A stretch of 64,000 bases of DNA. Source: Octopus vulgaris (lineage: Eukaryota). The position numbers were made by a program, and so were the translations under genes. Below the pieces are notes generated by a model. The model searched no databases. It saw only the letters and a list, made by a program, of their open reading frames with translations, and was not told the DNA's origin. The stretch is from the NCBI GenBank assembly GCA_951406725.2, contig OX597814.1, positions 224,068,001 to 224,132,000 on the forward strand, in the 5' to 3' direction. This document shows, piece by piece, positions 38,095 to 50,960 of the stretch (position 1 is the stretch's first letter; each line of letters starts with the position of its first letter).

Positions 38095-38240
38095 TTATTA
38101 TTATTATTATTATTATCATTATTATTATTATTATTATTATTATTAGTAGTAGTAGTAGTAGTAGTAGTAGATGTTGTTTAACTCCAGGTCAGTTCTGCTA
38201 AGGCATTCCAGTCCTGACCATCTTGTTTTGTTTTTTTTAA

Positions 38241-38824
38241 CCCTTTAGCATTCAAATCGGCCATATCAAATATTCTACTTCTTTTATGCTTAAACTGAAC
38301 AGATCTGACCCCTTATATTTCTAAAAACCAAGATGTTTTCTGTTGGGCTGCACCTGTGGAAATTTCAAAGTTTAGTGAAAATTTTCAGATTTGGTGTATT
38401 GATGTAATTTTCCCCGCTGAATCTCAGGAGCTATTTCACTTTATCCAGAATTGGTTTTATTTTTTAACTTATAGAGGTTTAAAGTTTAAAGTTTATTTTT
38501 ACCCAGTCAGAAAGCAGGATTTGGAAGCTGTCATTTTGTGCGTGACAGCACGTGTTGTCAACTGTAAACAAATGAAATACCGGCGGAATTCTGTTCTACG
38601 CACTCCATATAGCCCCTCTTTTACTCTTTTACTTGTTTCAGTCATTTGACTGCGGCCATGCTGGAGCACCGCCTTTAGTCGAGCAAATCGACCCCAGGAC
38701 TTATTCTTTGTAAGCCCGGTACTTATTCTATCGGTCTCTTTTTGCCGAACCGCTAAGTTACGGGGACGTAAACACACCAGCATCGGTTGTCAAGCGATGT
38801 TGGGGAGACAAAGACATACAAATA

Positions 38825-38911
<87 letters not shown>

Positions 38912-39211
38912 GACGGGCTTCTTTCAGTTTCCGTCTACCAAATCCACTCACAAGGCTTTGGTCGGCCCGAGGCTATAGTAGAAGACACTAGCCCAAGGTG
39001 GCACGTAGTGGGAATGAACCCGCAAGCTACTTACCACACAGCCACTTGTACGCCTCATAACTTTTTTATGTTTTGGAATTTTGGCAACCAAACAGAAAAG
39101 ATCCAACAATCCCATCATCAAAGTCTCAGCTACAAGATAATGCATGATTAATAGAAAACAAGGTAAATAAATAAGCATTAGTTTTGATAGAGTAATCTGA
39201 ATGCTAAAAGG
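38241..39211. mobile_element. piggyBac-like MITE containing a SINE A insertion (~38616-39055, minus)
   Basis: TTAA at both ends; TIRs ccctttagcattca / tgaatgctaaaagg (13/14). Confidence 0.8.
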
Positions 39212-39734
39212 TTAAGCGAAGGGGTTATCGGGGATTATACTGTCTAATCATTCGATTCTAATGCGTCCTGACCTTCCATATATTTTTTTTTATTTAGAGA
39301 GGAGAATATGATTTTAATGGATATTCGGCTGTTTTTTCTAGTAGATCGGACGACCATGAGAGGCTTCCACGTTGATGTATAATCTGCTGAAGATGATGAT
39401 GATAATGGTCATAATGATGCTGGAGATGGTCGAGACAGGGAAATAGGAGCCTACGATAAGGTTACGGTGACGTGACAGAAATGGTGAGGGCGATGGCTGT
39501 AGCGACGATGGTTGAGTTAGGTTGTTAGCTGTGAAGAAATTGGTAAAGAGACAGAAAGAAGTCGTTTAGAAGGGGATAAGACGAAGAAATGGGATTCGAA
39601 GATTGGGGGCGAAGAAATAAAAGGAACAAAAATGTTATATTTGGTAGGAATGACAAAGGGGGAAGGGTGTGAAAGCCAAGACGTAGTGACGGCAGTGATA
39701 TTGGTAATGAAAGTGTAGTGATGATAACATTGAT

Positions 39735-39826
39735 AGCGGTGGTGGTGGTGGTGTTTTTGGTAGTAATGGTTGTGGTGGTGGTGGTGGCGGAGGTAGTAGT
39801 GGTGGTGGTGGTGGTGGTGGCGGTGA
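39735..39826. repeat. Imperfect (GGT)n microsatellite
   Basis: Seen directly. Confidence 0.9.
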
Positions 39827-40127
39827 TATTAGTGCCAAAAGTTGTCGAAACGGTTAGTTAAAAGGAATGTACTCAGATAAACATGCGTGCGTAAGCGTGT
39901 GTGTGTGTGTGTGTGTGTGCGTGCGCGGTATGTGTGTGCGGTTTAGAATTCCTTAGAAATATTTCGGCCAGCGGTGACCCAGGTTGTAGTACACACACAA
40001 CTTGACAAAAAAATGACACACATATGCAAGCAAAACATACACGCACCCATGCACGCACACATACCAGGATGTATGTATGCACACACACTCAAACACACTT
40101 ACACACACACACACACACACACATATA

Positions 40128-40333
40128 TACTCTTACTCTTTTACTTGTTTCAGTCATTTGACTGTGGCCATGCTGGAGCACCGCCTTTAGTCGAGCAAAT
40201 CGACCCCAGGACTTATTTTTTGTAAGCCTAGTACTTATTCTATCGGACTCTTTTGCTGAACCGCTAAGTTACGGGGACGTAAACACTCCAGCATCGATTG
40301 TCAAGCGATGTTGGGGGGACAAACACAGACACA

Positions 40334-40419
<86 letters not shown>

Positions 40420-40580
40420 TACGACGGGCTTCTTTCAGTTTCCGTCTACCAAATCCACTCAAGGCTTTGGTCGGCCCGAGGCTATAGAAGAAGACACTTG
40501 CCCAAGGTGCCACGCAGTGACTGAACCCGGAACCATGTGATCAGGAAGCAAACATCTTACCATACAGTCACGACTACGTC
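40128..40580 (-). mobile_element. SINE family A
   Basis: Full-length reverse-complement match with internal (CA)n(TA)n. Confidence 0.9.
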
Positions 40581-40584
40581 TAAA

Positions 40585-41080
40585 TATCTGAGTTCAAATT
40601 CCGCCGAGGTCGACTTTGCCTTTCATCCTTTCGGGGTCGATAAATTAAGGACCAGTTACGTACTGGGGTCGATGTAATCGACTTAATCCGTTTCTCTGTC
40701 CTTGTTTGTTCTCTCTGTGTTTAGCCCCTTTCATCCTTTCAGAGTCGATAAATTAAATACCTATTTCTTTACTAAACACAGAGAGGACAAATAAGGACAG
40801 ACAAACGGATTAAGTCGATTACATCGACCCCAGTGCGTAACTGGTACTTAGTTTATCGACCCCGAAAGGATGAAAGGCAAAGTGGACCTCGGCGGAATTT
40901 GAACTCAGAATGTAATGGCAGACGAAATACCGCTAAGCATTTCGCCCGGCGCGCTAACGTTTCTGCCAGTTCGCCGATAAGTTAAGTACCAGTTGCGTAC
41001 CAGTTGCGTACTGGGGCCGATCTAATCGACTGGCCCTCTCCCCCAAAATTTCGAGCCTTGTGCCTAGAGTAGAAAAGAAT
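40585..41080. mobile_element. Cluster of nested, oppositely oriented SINE B copies
   Basis: Plus ~40585-40760, minus ~40760-40975, plus ~40975-41080. Confidence 0.85.
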
Positions 41081-41389
41081 CTGTGAGGGGAATTATATTG
41101 AATAAAATCTTAATTAACTGATCGTGTATTTTCTTTTACGCAAAGCCAGGAACTTTTCAGCACTCCCTCGTATTAACTCATAAAAGGCAAATTTCAAGCA
41201 TTCCCAATCAAGCCTCGTAAATTTAACTCCTTACAGAACATTTAGACATGGCGACAATTTCATCTGATCGTGTGTGTGTGTGTGTGTGTGTGAACAGTAG
41301 TTTGGGAGTGGAAAGAAAGGGCAATTAGTTGCAAAACGAGTTGTGCGGTAGCTCCGTTCAGCTCTGATTCAGCACGAAGTAAACCAACT

Positions 41390-41520
41390 TGATGGTGGTG
41401 GTGGTGGTGGTGGTGGTGGTGGCGGCGGTGGTGGTGGTGGTGGTGGTGGTGATCGTGGTGGTGGTGATCGTGGTGGGGATGGTGGTGGTGGTGGTGGTGG
41501 TGGTGGTGGTGGTGGTGGTG
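41390..41520. repeat. (GGT)n microsatellite
   Basis: Seen directly; gives spurious poly-His, poly-Thr and poly-Val ORFs. Confidence 0.95.
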
Positions 41521-41585
41521 ACCCAGATAGTCAACATGTCCAAATATGGTCTCATAACAATTCATTGTTCTAGTAACTTAACAAC

Positions 41586-41627
<42 letters not shown>

Positions 41628-41984
41628 GAGGGTCGGTGGGGGCGACAGACATAAATGAGAAACCATTGTAGAAAGTGACAGAATTTGAAACCTCAACAAG
41701 GTTATTTGTTTTAAATTAAATAGAACTCCTAGCTTACTGACCATCTCGTTCTTGGTCTGCCTCCTCTGGGGCTCCCGGCGTTTCGCACGCCTTCAAGAAT
41801 CCGTCTTGCGCGTCTTTCCCTTGACATTCTAACCACATATCCGAAGTTCCGAAGATGTAATCTCTCGATCCAGAGACATGAAGATCTGCGAATTACGGAA
41901 CCTTTCAAGTAACGTTACTCTAGATGTCTTTCGAGGAACCCCTTTTCGGCCGCTTGTATTTGCAATATTTTTTATATTTCTATG

Positions 41985-42277
41985 CGCCCTTTACAAGCCT
42001 AGCCAGGCTCATGGGCCCGGTTTCCCGGTTTCTGTGACATATGTGTTCACCCCACCAGTTGGACGGGACGCCAGTCTATCGCAGCGTTACTTAAGAAACA
42101 GGAAGAAAGAGAGAAAGTTGGGGCGAAAGAGTACAACAAGGGTCGCCACCACCCCCTACTGGAGCCTCGTGGAGCTTTTAGATGTTTTCACTCAATAAAC
42201 ACACACACAATGCCCGGTCTGGGAATCGAAAGCGCGATTCTCCGACCGCGAGTCCGCTGCCCTAACCACTAGGCCAT
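41985..42277 (-). mobile_element. SINE family C variant
   Basis: Minus-strand head tggcctagtggttagggcagcggactcgcgg...ttcgattcccagaccggg matches 9841-9915. Confidence 0.85.
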
Positions 42278-42327
42278 ATTTGCAATATTTTAGAAAAGAA
42301 AAATTTTAATTGCTGATTTCATATAAA

Positions 42328-42665
42328 TATTGTTATATTTCAGGATGGTCATTTTATCCCCCTTGCCAAATAAACATACGCACTATATATCCGTTCTTCG
42401 CTCGTTTATTATTGTCCTTATTTTATTTTATGTTCATTGTCTGGAAATCTTGTGTCACACACCTGTGACCTCTCCAGCGACTCTTCCATCCCAGTGGACA
42501 TAAAATGAAATAAGAACTATAATAAACCGGGAAGAACGAATATATATAGTGCGTGTGTTTATTCGACAAGAAATAAAATGATCCCGAAATATAACAATAT
42601 CTGGTTCAACACATGATTTCACGTCAAGAATATTACGAAACAAATTCGTAAACGTAACGACATAA
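42328..42665. mobile_element. Fold-back MITE
   Basis: Imperfect inverted arms of about 105-110 bp at ~42328-42440 and ~42495-42600; homologous to 8550-8890. Confidence 0.65.
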
Positions 42666-42669
42666 AATA

Positions 42670-43139
42670 CAGTAAATCCTCGAGTATAGATCGCCCTTGA
42701 GTATAATACGCAGGGGATTTTTAGAGGGCTGTACATCTGAAAAACCTAAACCTTGCGTATAATACTTGAGTCAAGGAGGTCCATATAACGTCCTTGATTT
42801 GTAAAAATGTATACGGTAACGTCCTATATGCAAACGTGTAGCTTTATTGTGCATTTTGTTTGTAGAAAATAAAGAAATAACAGTAATAACGGTAACAACG
42901 TTTAATAAATGTTGCTTACTGCAAGTTACGGATGATTCTTTTATGACTTCATTGCTTTCAGGCTTAGCTTAAGGTATTTTCGCGCCCGACATCACAAAAT
43001 GCGTCTGAATAAACATTGCCGGACAGTAAATAGAGACTCGGACATTGCTTAGAAAATAATTTTCAATTTTAATCTCGTATATAGTATGCACTAGGGATTT
43101 TTACCTTTAAAAATGCGGATTATACTCGAGGATTTACGG
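42670..43139. mobile_element. Tc1/mariner (pogo/Tigger-like) MITE
   Basis: TA TSD; TIRs cagtaaatcctcgagtata / tatactcgaggatttacgg. Confidence 0.85.
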
Positions 43140-44722
43140 TACTTTTCCATGATACACTTGATACAACTAAAACAGCTTGTATCATCCTATCTGTTGAAGA
43201 TAGTGAACAACGGCATTCCAGGAGCGAATTAGCTATTATGCAAAATAGATACCAAGAGATGGAAGCATTACATTTTTTTCCAGCACCATATTTACAACAC
43301 TGCGACTGTGTTAGTTAAACCCAAGCCTCACAAAATGTTGAAAATTTGCCTTTTCTCCTGTAGCTGACTTATTTCTACTAAATCTTCAATAAAATTTTTA
43401 AAAACAGTTTATTTTTGATACAGTTGTGAAGTTCTGGCAAGGAAGAAAACTGAATTTCTAAATTATTATTTCACATTCACTACTTATGTTTTAATGTCTT
43501 GTCAGTTATTAGGCTGTGCTTATGACAGCACTTCACTTTAACCCTTACTATATAAGTTGCTCTGAGTTTCTTGGCATCAAAGTGATGTATGTAGGTCAAT
43601 CTCAACAGGATTCGTATATAGATTCTTGAGAAATAGAAATAAATAAGAGTTGTTTTCAGTGTTGGTCATCTGCTGTATCGTATGGTATTATCTTAAGTTA
43701 GCGCCTTAAGTTAATCTTCATTTATATCTTTCAGAAGTTTATTTGTGGGTTTATGATAAAATCTGCCCGCAGCATTTTAGAATATTTTTGCAACCCATCT
43801 CGACTGGAAAGTATTTTCGTAGAAAATATAGCTCCGAATCTTAATGAGCGTTGAGATTTTCATCCAGAAGAAAATTTTGTATAATTCAGTGAAACGCACA
43901 ATGGATTTCTTCCATTGGAACGAATTATTCTCGTTTGAAATAGAAGCCAAATTCCTAAAATTTACCGGTTTAAACAACTCGGCGTCATAAGTATTGTAAA
44001 GAAATATATCCGCTTTCAAGTTTATTAGCTGAAAGCAATTCTATTCAATTAGCTGGAGCGCTAAAGAAAGGTATGAATATCACACAGACACGCGCTCTCA
44101 TATAAACTCGTAGACTACCTAGGCCACTGGTGCAGGAACCAAATCTTTTACAATCCTAAACCCTCTTCCTTTACATGTATCCCAGATCGACACACAAGAC
44201 ATACAAACATTCTTGATTTTTTTCTTCTCTTTTCCGAGCCTAATCTACACGAAACTGATACTGTATCCAAACCCTACTGGTTACCTAACCACTGGTCCAT
44301 TGCAACAACGAACACACCAATATACACCATCCAACATTCTCTTTCCCGCCACATATGATACTTGAAATCAGCCGGGATTTCTGCCCAGTTTTTATACCAG
44401 TTACCCAATGTAAGTGTGTATTATGTGTGAGCGTGTGTATAAGTGTATGTTTGCATATAAACAGCTCCTCTACTAATATTCTATGCACGTGCCCAGATAG
44501 AATTTAACAAAACGCTACCACAGATAACGTTTACTCGAGTCACATCTATTTCAAGAATTTTCGTGCCACTTTAGCATGTGCCCTACCTGGTCATTTACAC
44601 TTTAGCGTGCAGTCTAACCCTAAGCCTTAATCCTAAACCGAATCAAGTCATTTCACAGCGTAGATTACGGATACTGCAGTTGACAGTATACAAAGATAGC
44701 GCCGAATTTTCTATATTTTATA

Positions 44723-45068
44723 TCTATATATATAAAGCTGAAGTTGTGTGTGTGTGGCAGGTTTGGTAGCCTTCAATTAACACTATCTCCTCCGCAAGTT
44801 GACCAAAATTGAGAGTATGATAGAAGAAGGCTTGCTCTTCATTCCGTAGAAGAAAAACTTCAAATCGGACCATGTTAACACCAAAAATTATTTACATCAA
44901 AAAGGTGCTTTTTTTTCTATGAAAATCCCTATTTTTTACGATTTTTTTACTGCTGTATCGCCATTTTTCGATGTATTTCAACCAGAAAAATGTTCACTTA
45001 AAGAGAATAGCAAGCTATATAATGCAACATTTTTACTTTTCAAAAATTCCAATTCTAAAGGGTCGAAA
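44723..45068 (+). mobile_element. Helitron-like element, 3' end missing
   Basis: a|TCtatatatataaagctgaagttgt resembles the 5' end of 1239-1536; no CTAG terminus found. Confidence 0.55.
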
Positions 45069-45230
45069 AGAATTTTTTTGTGATGTCATTGGTTTTGAGC
45101 GAACGACGGATCAGCTGATCCAATGCAGAGGAGTAATGTTCGCTGCGTGAATGCACTAATTTCCAAGGTCGTCAACTGCTACAGCGCGTATAGATATGTA
45201 TATGTGTGTATATATGTATGTGTGTATATA

Positions 45231-45629
45231 CAAGCTATCCCAGAATTAACTATTTCATTGAAATTGGACAACTTTTTATCCTGTTGGATCCCGCCAATCT
45301 ATCTATGATAACTTTTTTTTCAATTTGGCTGTAATCATTTTCTCTACCATCACGCATAGGATGGAGCAATAGTTTAGCTGAACTTAAAGAACGCATTCAG
45401 TTAGCTGTGCAGGAGATCATTTCTGAAATGCTTCAAAATGTATTTTGTGACGCTAAGGATAGATTTGAAAATTTCAGGCCTATGCTGATAATTTTCAATA
45501 AAGTTTTGGTGTAAGTTTTATAAATACATTTCCTTTAGTATCATAATGAAGTAATAAACATAGAATTCTGTTAGTTTTGTTTTTAAATTTGCCCGATTTC
45601 ATTGAAATAGTTAATTCTGGGACATTCTG
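45231..45629 (+). mobile_element. Mariner-derived non-autonomous element
   Basis: TA TSD; TIR core tcccagaattaactatttca on both sides; internal remnant LAELKERIQLAVQEIISEMLQNVF resembles a mariner transposase C-terminus. Confidence 0.75.
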
Positions 45630-48239
45630 TATAAAAGCAAAAATGATCAAAGAAAAATAACTCAGTGACATGTATTTGAACAACATAGACAAATACGTAC
45701 AGGTATATCAAATACCATACAATATAAATTCTTGATTTATCAAAATGATTTCCTTCCCCACAGCATGAATCATATTTATCAAATGGCAGTTAAAACCAGC
45801 TCTACTTGAGAAGGGAGATAATCTCTAGAATCAAGGATTCCCCGAGGTTGACATCATTAAAGAACAGGCTTATTATCTGGAAGTAAGAGAGCAGTCGTGG
45901 ATACGTGTTTCTGGCTCAATAGCTGTTAACAGCACGACAATACTCGAGCTTGCGAAGGGATTCAGACTTACCCAAAAATTAATGAAACATATTCTCGCCT
46001 GGTCTATTATTATTATTCATATAAAGGAGTAAATCTGTTATTTTACCAAGATTTTAAATATTTCACGCCAAACCATGTGACCACACGACTCTTTCATCTT
46101 CTCCACCCAACACCAACCCTACCTTCCAACCACATCTGTTTCCGATATGATCCCTACTGCTTTCCTTGTTACTAAGATTTCGTATTTTTAGTCGGATTAA
46201 GAAATTTTAAGGTATTCAGAATTCGTGATCGCATCGTGATTTTTTTTTGCCTCGTCTGTGGCGTCGACTCAGTTTATTTTATTTCACTTAAATTAACACT
46301 TTAAAGAAACGTATAACATTTTTTTTCCTTTCACTCTTGCGAATGTCAAAAGCGGTTCAAACAAATGAATTAGAATTTAAACCAGCAATATTTTATGTGT
46401 GTATGCAGTCAGTAACATTTCTATATATTAAAAACATGTGAAGTTCAAAGAAAATAATGGCATTTGGAGTATCTATTGCAGTTTTCATACATACATTTCC
46501 GGCTGAAAATGAACAAAGACTCATTTTCAATACCAAATCGGGCTTATGTCAGAGTGGGGGGTTTTGTATTTTACTATAAACTTGACCTTGGAAAGTTATC
46601 GTTAAAATAGTCATTCTTTTATTCATCGTTTGATCCACCTACATTTTTATATATTATGCAAACTAAACCGCCCCTAGTGTTATTCAATACATGCAATTAG
46701 AAAAAAAAAATGGAGTGAAAACAAGGAAAAGAAAGAGTGGAGGATGAAAGGCTATGTTCATCTGAGCATGAAGAGAATTAAAAAAAAACAAAAACATGAT
46801 GGGCGAATCTAAAAACGAAAAGGCATTTAAACTGACACAGTCATTTTTATTACCTTCCGTCTGATTATTGATGTGTTCTGAACTTAGAAGTCTGCATTGC
46901 ACAGCAAGTGGTTAATCACTTGAGCATGTCATAATGGGTAAGGGAACTTGGCCTAGTGGTTAGGGTGCTGCGCTCTCAATCGCGAGATCGTCGTTTCACT
47001 TCCTGGACCGGATGGTACGTTGTGATATCTTGCGCAAAAACCTCACCTCACGTTGCTCTGCGACCCCTTCGACACTCGACGTGTGGTACTCCGTGCACCT
47101 GTTCAAACAACGTCGATTTTGATGGAAGGAGTGAGTTAATGTACAACAAATACATTTGCTCTTTATAAGCAAATCATTTGTGGAGGTCGTTCGGCTAGAA
47201 ATTGCAGGACCGTCTTTCTCGGACTATAATATTTCCTAAATGATTTAGACGAATTATTGCTAGTATTGAGTTGGAAAATTGCCTAAAATTTATTTGCATA
47301 TCTTTTTCATTTCACTTGATTCAGCCAGACAATGACCATACTGGGCCACTGCCCTGAAGGTTTTGGTCGAAGAAATCGATTCCAGGGTTTCTTTTTTTAA
47401 AGTCCGACACCTATTCTATTGGTTTTCCCCCACCCGGGTCGTCGTAGTTGTCCCATTTTATAAGCCTTACCATAAGATCATGGGATGATATATACGCAAA
47501 GAATGCGTGTGCCTGCCTATATATGCATTTATGCACACATATATATGTATATACGTATCTATGTTTATATACATATATGTACACATTCCCCATCACAAGC
47601 ATATAGGCGCGCGTGTGAATGCGCTAATTTTTTAATCTCTTCGTTCGGTTCATTTTTGGCGAGACAATAAACAGATATAGAATTACAGCTTAACACCATC
47701 CTTACATTTAAGATGACCATAAATAATATTGCGATTTTATCTGTCATACCTTCACAGAATCACAGTAAATTTCGGTTTTATCCACACACTATCTTTATAG
47801 AAGGTCACAGGCTCAAGGTACCGGCAACTCGGGCAGTCATCCGGGGTGCAAAGGAGAGTGTAACAAAGACAAGGAAATTTCCACAACCGTCAGCTAGTAG
47901 ACGCCGAATTTCAGCTTGCCCGGGACCCTAGGGTCGTCCCTGGTCACAGGTATTTATTACAGTAGGCATTTATTTTTCAGATAGAAACATTTTTCAGGTC
48001 GAATACATTTTTATTTCCAGTATCATTCGAACAAATTGCTTTTGGCCTGATATTGTAGATACATGTCGACACTTTGTTGGGCGCTGTAAAAATGACTTGG
48101 TGGGTTAGTAATATAGATATCGTCCAGCAGATATGAACTTCGAATATACGGTCGTTTTCAATTCTATGTCTGTATGTCGTAAACGTTGAAGACATTATTC
48201 GTTATAACTTGAGATACAGAAATCCCCTCCTTTTATATA

Positions 48240-48300
48240 TATATACATAAGAGAGAGTAAAAGAGTATATATATATATATACACACATAAGAGAGAGTAA

Positions 48301-48339
<39 letters not shown>

Positions 48340-48354
48340 AGAGAGAGTAAAAGA

Positions 48355-48397
<43 letters not shown>
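48240..48397. repeat. Minisatellite: three acataagagagagtaaa units separated by (TA)n
   Basis: Seen directly. Confidence 0.85.
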
Positions 48398-48399
<2 letters not shown>

Positions 48400-48790
48400 A
48401 TCTTTACCTTTTGACCTACAGATTTTAAAAAATGATTTTTTATAACTAAACACTTTCAAACTTCGGACACTGGTAGAATGTGCCATATAAAACATGTTTT
48501 ACTCTTAGCAGTTTTGAGAAAAACTTATATTTACGAAGTTATTTCATGTTAAACTAGTCCTATTTCGGTAATTTCAACCAATCAATGACGTGTATTCAGC
48601 TGAATAAAATTACTGCTGTTGTTTGTCAACAAGAACTTCCGGCGGTGTATATTTCGTTTGTCACTGTTATTTATGTCAACCCTGGCCCTAATACCCTAAC
48701 CCTAACCCCCTAACCCCAACACCGTAACCCCAAGATCCTAAAACCATAACCCTAACCCTAAAACCTTAAAACCAATACAAACGCACGAAC
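48398..48790. mobile_element. Relative of the 12674-13088 MITE, opposite orientation, with CCCTAA repeats
   Basis: Starts ggatcttt; shares actggtagaatgtg and ttcaaccaatca(a/g)tgacgt with the reverse complement of 12890-13025; cctaaccctaa repeats at ~48685-48770; far end not resolved. Confidence 0.65.
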
Positions 48791-49320
48791 GATGTCTTAC
48801 AGTGCTACTAACTAGCAGCTATTTGATCGACTCTGGAAAAGGGAAGAGGAAAGTAGACGCCAGAAAAATTTGGACTCAGAAGGCAAGGGAAGCAAACAAA
48901 CAATGAAAGGAACTTAGTTTGGTGCACTTGGGGGTTTCTGTTAATTCGCCATTCTATGGTTTGAATTAAAAAGCTATGTAGCATGAGCAAGCCACTCTAA
49001 CATCTACAATGTCCTTAAAAGCCAGATTAGTTTAGGAAACTGTATGTAGTTTACCATAAAGCAACTCCCTTTAAAAGAAAAATAATCTTATGTTACATAT
49101 GGAAAAAATATATAAATAAGAATACCATAACGTATTAGTTTATAAGTAGAGGTTTCTGAGATTTAGTTCAAATTATAGAAACATCTGTATAGAAATGAAA
49201 GGGATCTTTACTACCTAATTAACATTTGCGTTCAAAACATAAGTCTTAAACCTGTTTTGCTCAACTGGTTTTACTTCTTTTTATGTTGTATTTGTTGTAT
49301 TTTATTTAATGAAATCCAGG

Positions 49321-49352
<32 letters not shown>

Positions 49353-50960
49353 TTGTTGTTGTTGTTGTTGTTGCCGGTGTTGCTGGCTTTGACTTTGTTG
49401 TTGTTTTGTGTTATTGTTTCCACTCAGTTTACTATCATGACTCACTGAAACGTGTAAACCATATAGAATTCAAAATTAAGAACACGTCTGCAAAAAATCT
49501 TTATATGTAACAGGTTTGTTTTGTATGTGTTGTTGTTGTGAATGAGGTTATTGTTTGCTTCGTTATCCGTCTGAAAATAGGCTTTCAGACAGTGTTTTTA
49601 AAAACTATCGCCCTCTTTGTAAGTCGCGATCGAAGTCGCAACTTTATATCTTTGTACTTCACTAGACGTAAATTGAACAGTTAATTGCTATAAGTCGTCT
49701 AACCGAATTATTGCGACTGAGTTTCGATTCGAGTTTGAAGCCATTTCAGATCGATAACACCGCGTGTGTGTGTGTGTGTGTGTGTGTGTGTTGGATTTGG
49801 TCTTGAGAAAGAGACGTGTCTGTGGCCTTCTCAAGTCATCAGAGACTAATGAGGTCAACGCAGTTCTTGGTCTCTTCTTGAATTGTTGTAAGTTTATGGC
49901 TGCGGTAAAATGTAATCATGGAAAGAATTCTAAAAAAAGTTTCTGTTGAGAAAAGAATGGACATAATGTTCAGTGTTGCGCCTGATAATGATGATGATGA
50001 TGGTGGTAGTGGTGGTGAACGAAGTTCGTGCGATGACAGAAGAAGAAACTAATGAGTCAGGAGCGCTCGGGTGGATGTGAGCACGGAGAGAGCATCCAGC
50101 TCCGAGCAATAGCAATAATAATAGTAACAGCAGTAGACAAGGTAGAGAAAGAAGACAGCATATGAATGAAGCAGAGGTTAAATTAAATCGCTGAGCGATT
50201 TCAAGGCAATCCTTAAAGTGACACTGGGAGAGGCATAAATGTCATAACAAACATACTTCTTCTTCAAAGTCGCGTTATTTATGTGCACGAGTAAAAGGCT
50301 GTGCATTGCCAGAATCGTTAATGCCTTCTAATATTTGATTTGGCACTTCATGTTTTGAGTTCAAATCTTGCCAAAGTCAACTTTACCTTACATACCTCTA
50401 GAAAGTTACCAGCCAAATATTGTAGTTAATATATTCAACTTAATTCACCCCGCATTTTCTAGCTTTGTTTCTCATTTAGAAACGTTATAGGGTTGCGGAT
50501 TGGAAGAATCGTTAGAATATCGGAAAAATGTCTTAGAAATAGTAATTTTCCCAGATCTTTCAGTTCAGAGCTCAAATTCTGCCAAAGTCAACATTACTTT
50601 TCATACCTTCGGAGCTGATAAAATAAAGTACCAATCAAGTACTGAGATTGATATAACCGACTATTCCCAACCCCTCACCCACCCCGAACTTCTGGCATTT
50701 TGCTTAAATTAAAAGCAAGTATTTATGTGTACGAGTTGAAGTGTGGGGTGACTTAGGGTAGATAAACTTCACCGAGTTGACTTACCTATGTTACGATACA
50801 AGCAACGACGACCGGAGATTACGTATATTCTCTATCGTTAGATCCGTCATATTGTCAAAGACTGGATAGATGGTTTTGTTAAAATAAATTTACTTCTGAT
50901 TTTATCAAGAAAAAATTTTGATCGGAAACCGTGTTTTGAAGCCAATAATCTTATAACTGA

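Noticed and set aside
41260-41658. Poly-His, poly-Thr and poly-Val ORFs
   Set aside because: Translations of a (GGT)n microsatellite with no domain content.
47803-47950. GC-rich segment flanked by a gtcacagg direct repeat, possible hAT MITE
   Set aside because: The left TIR does not match the right end convincingly.
48685-48770. True telomere or chromosome fusion scar
   Set aside because: Short, degenerate, single orientation and located inside a MITE-like element.
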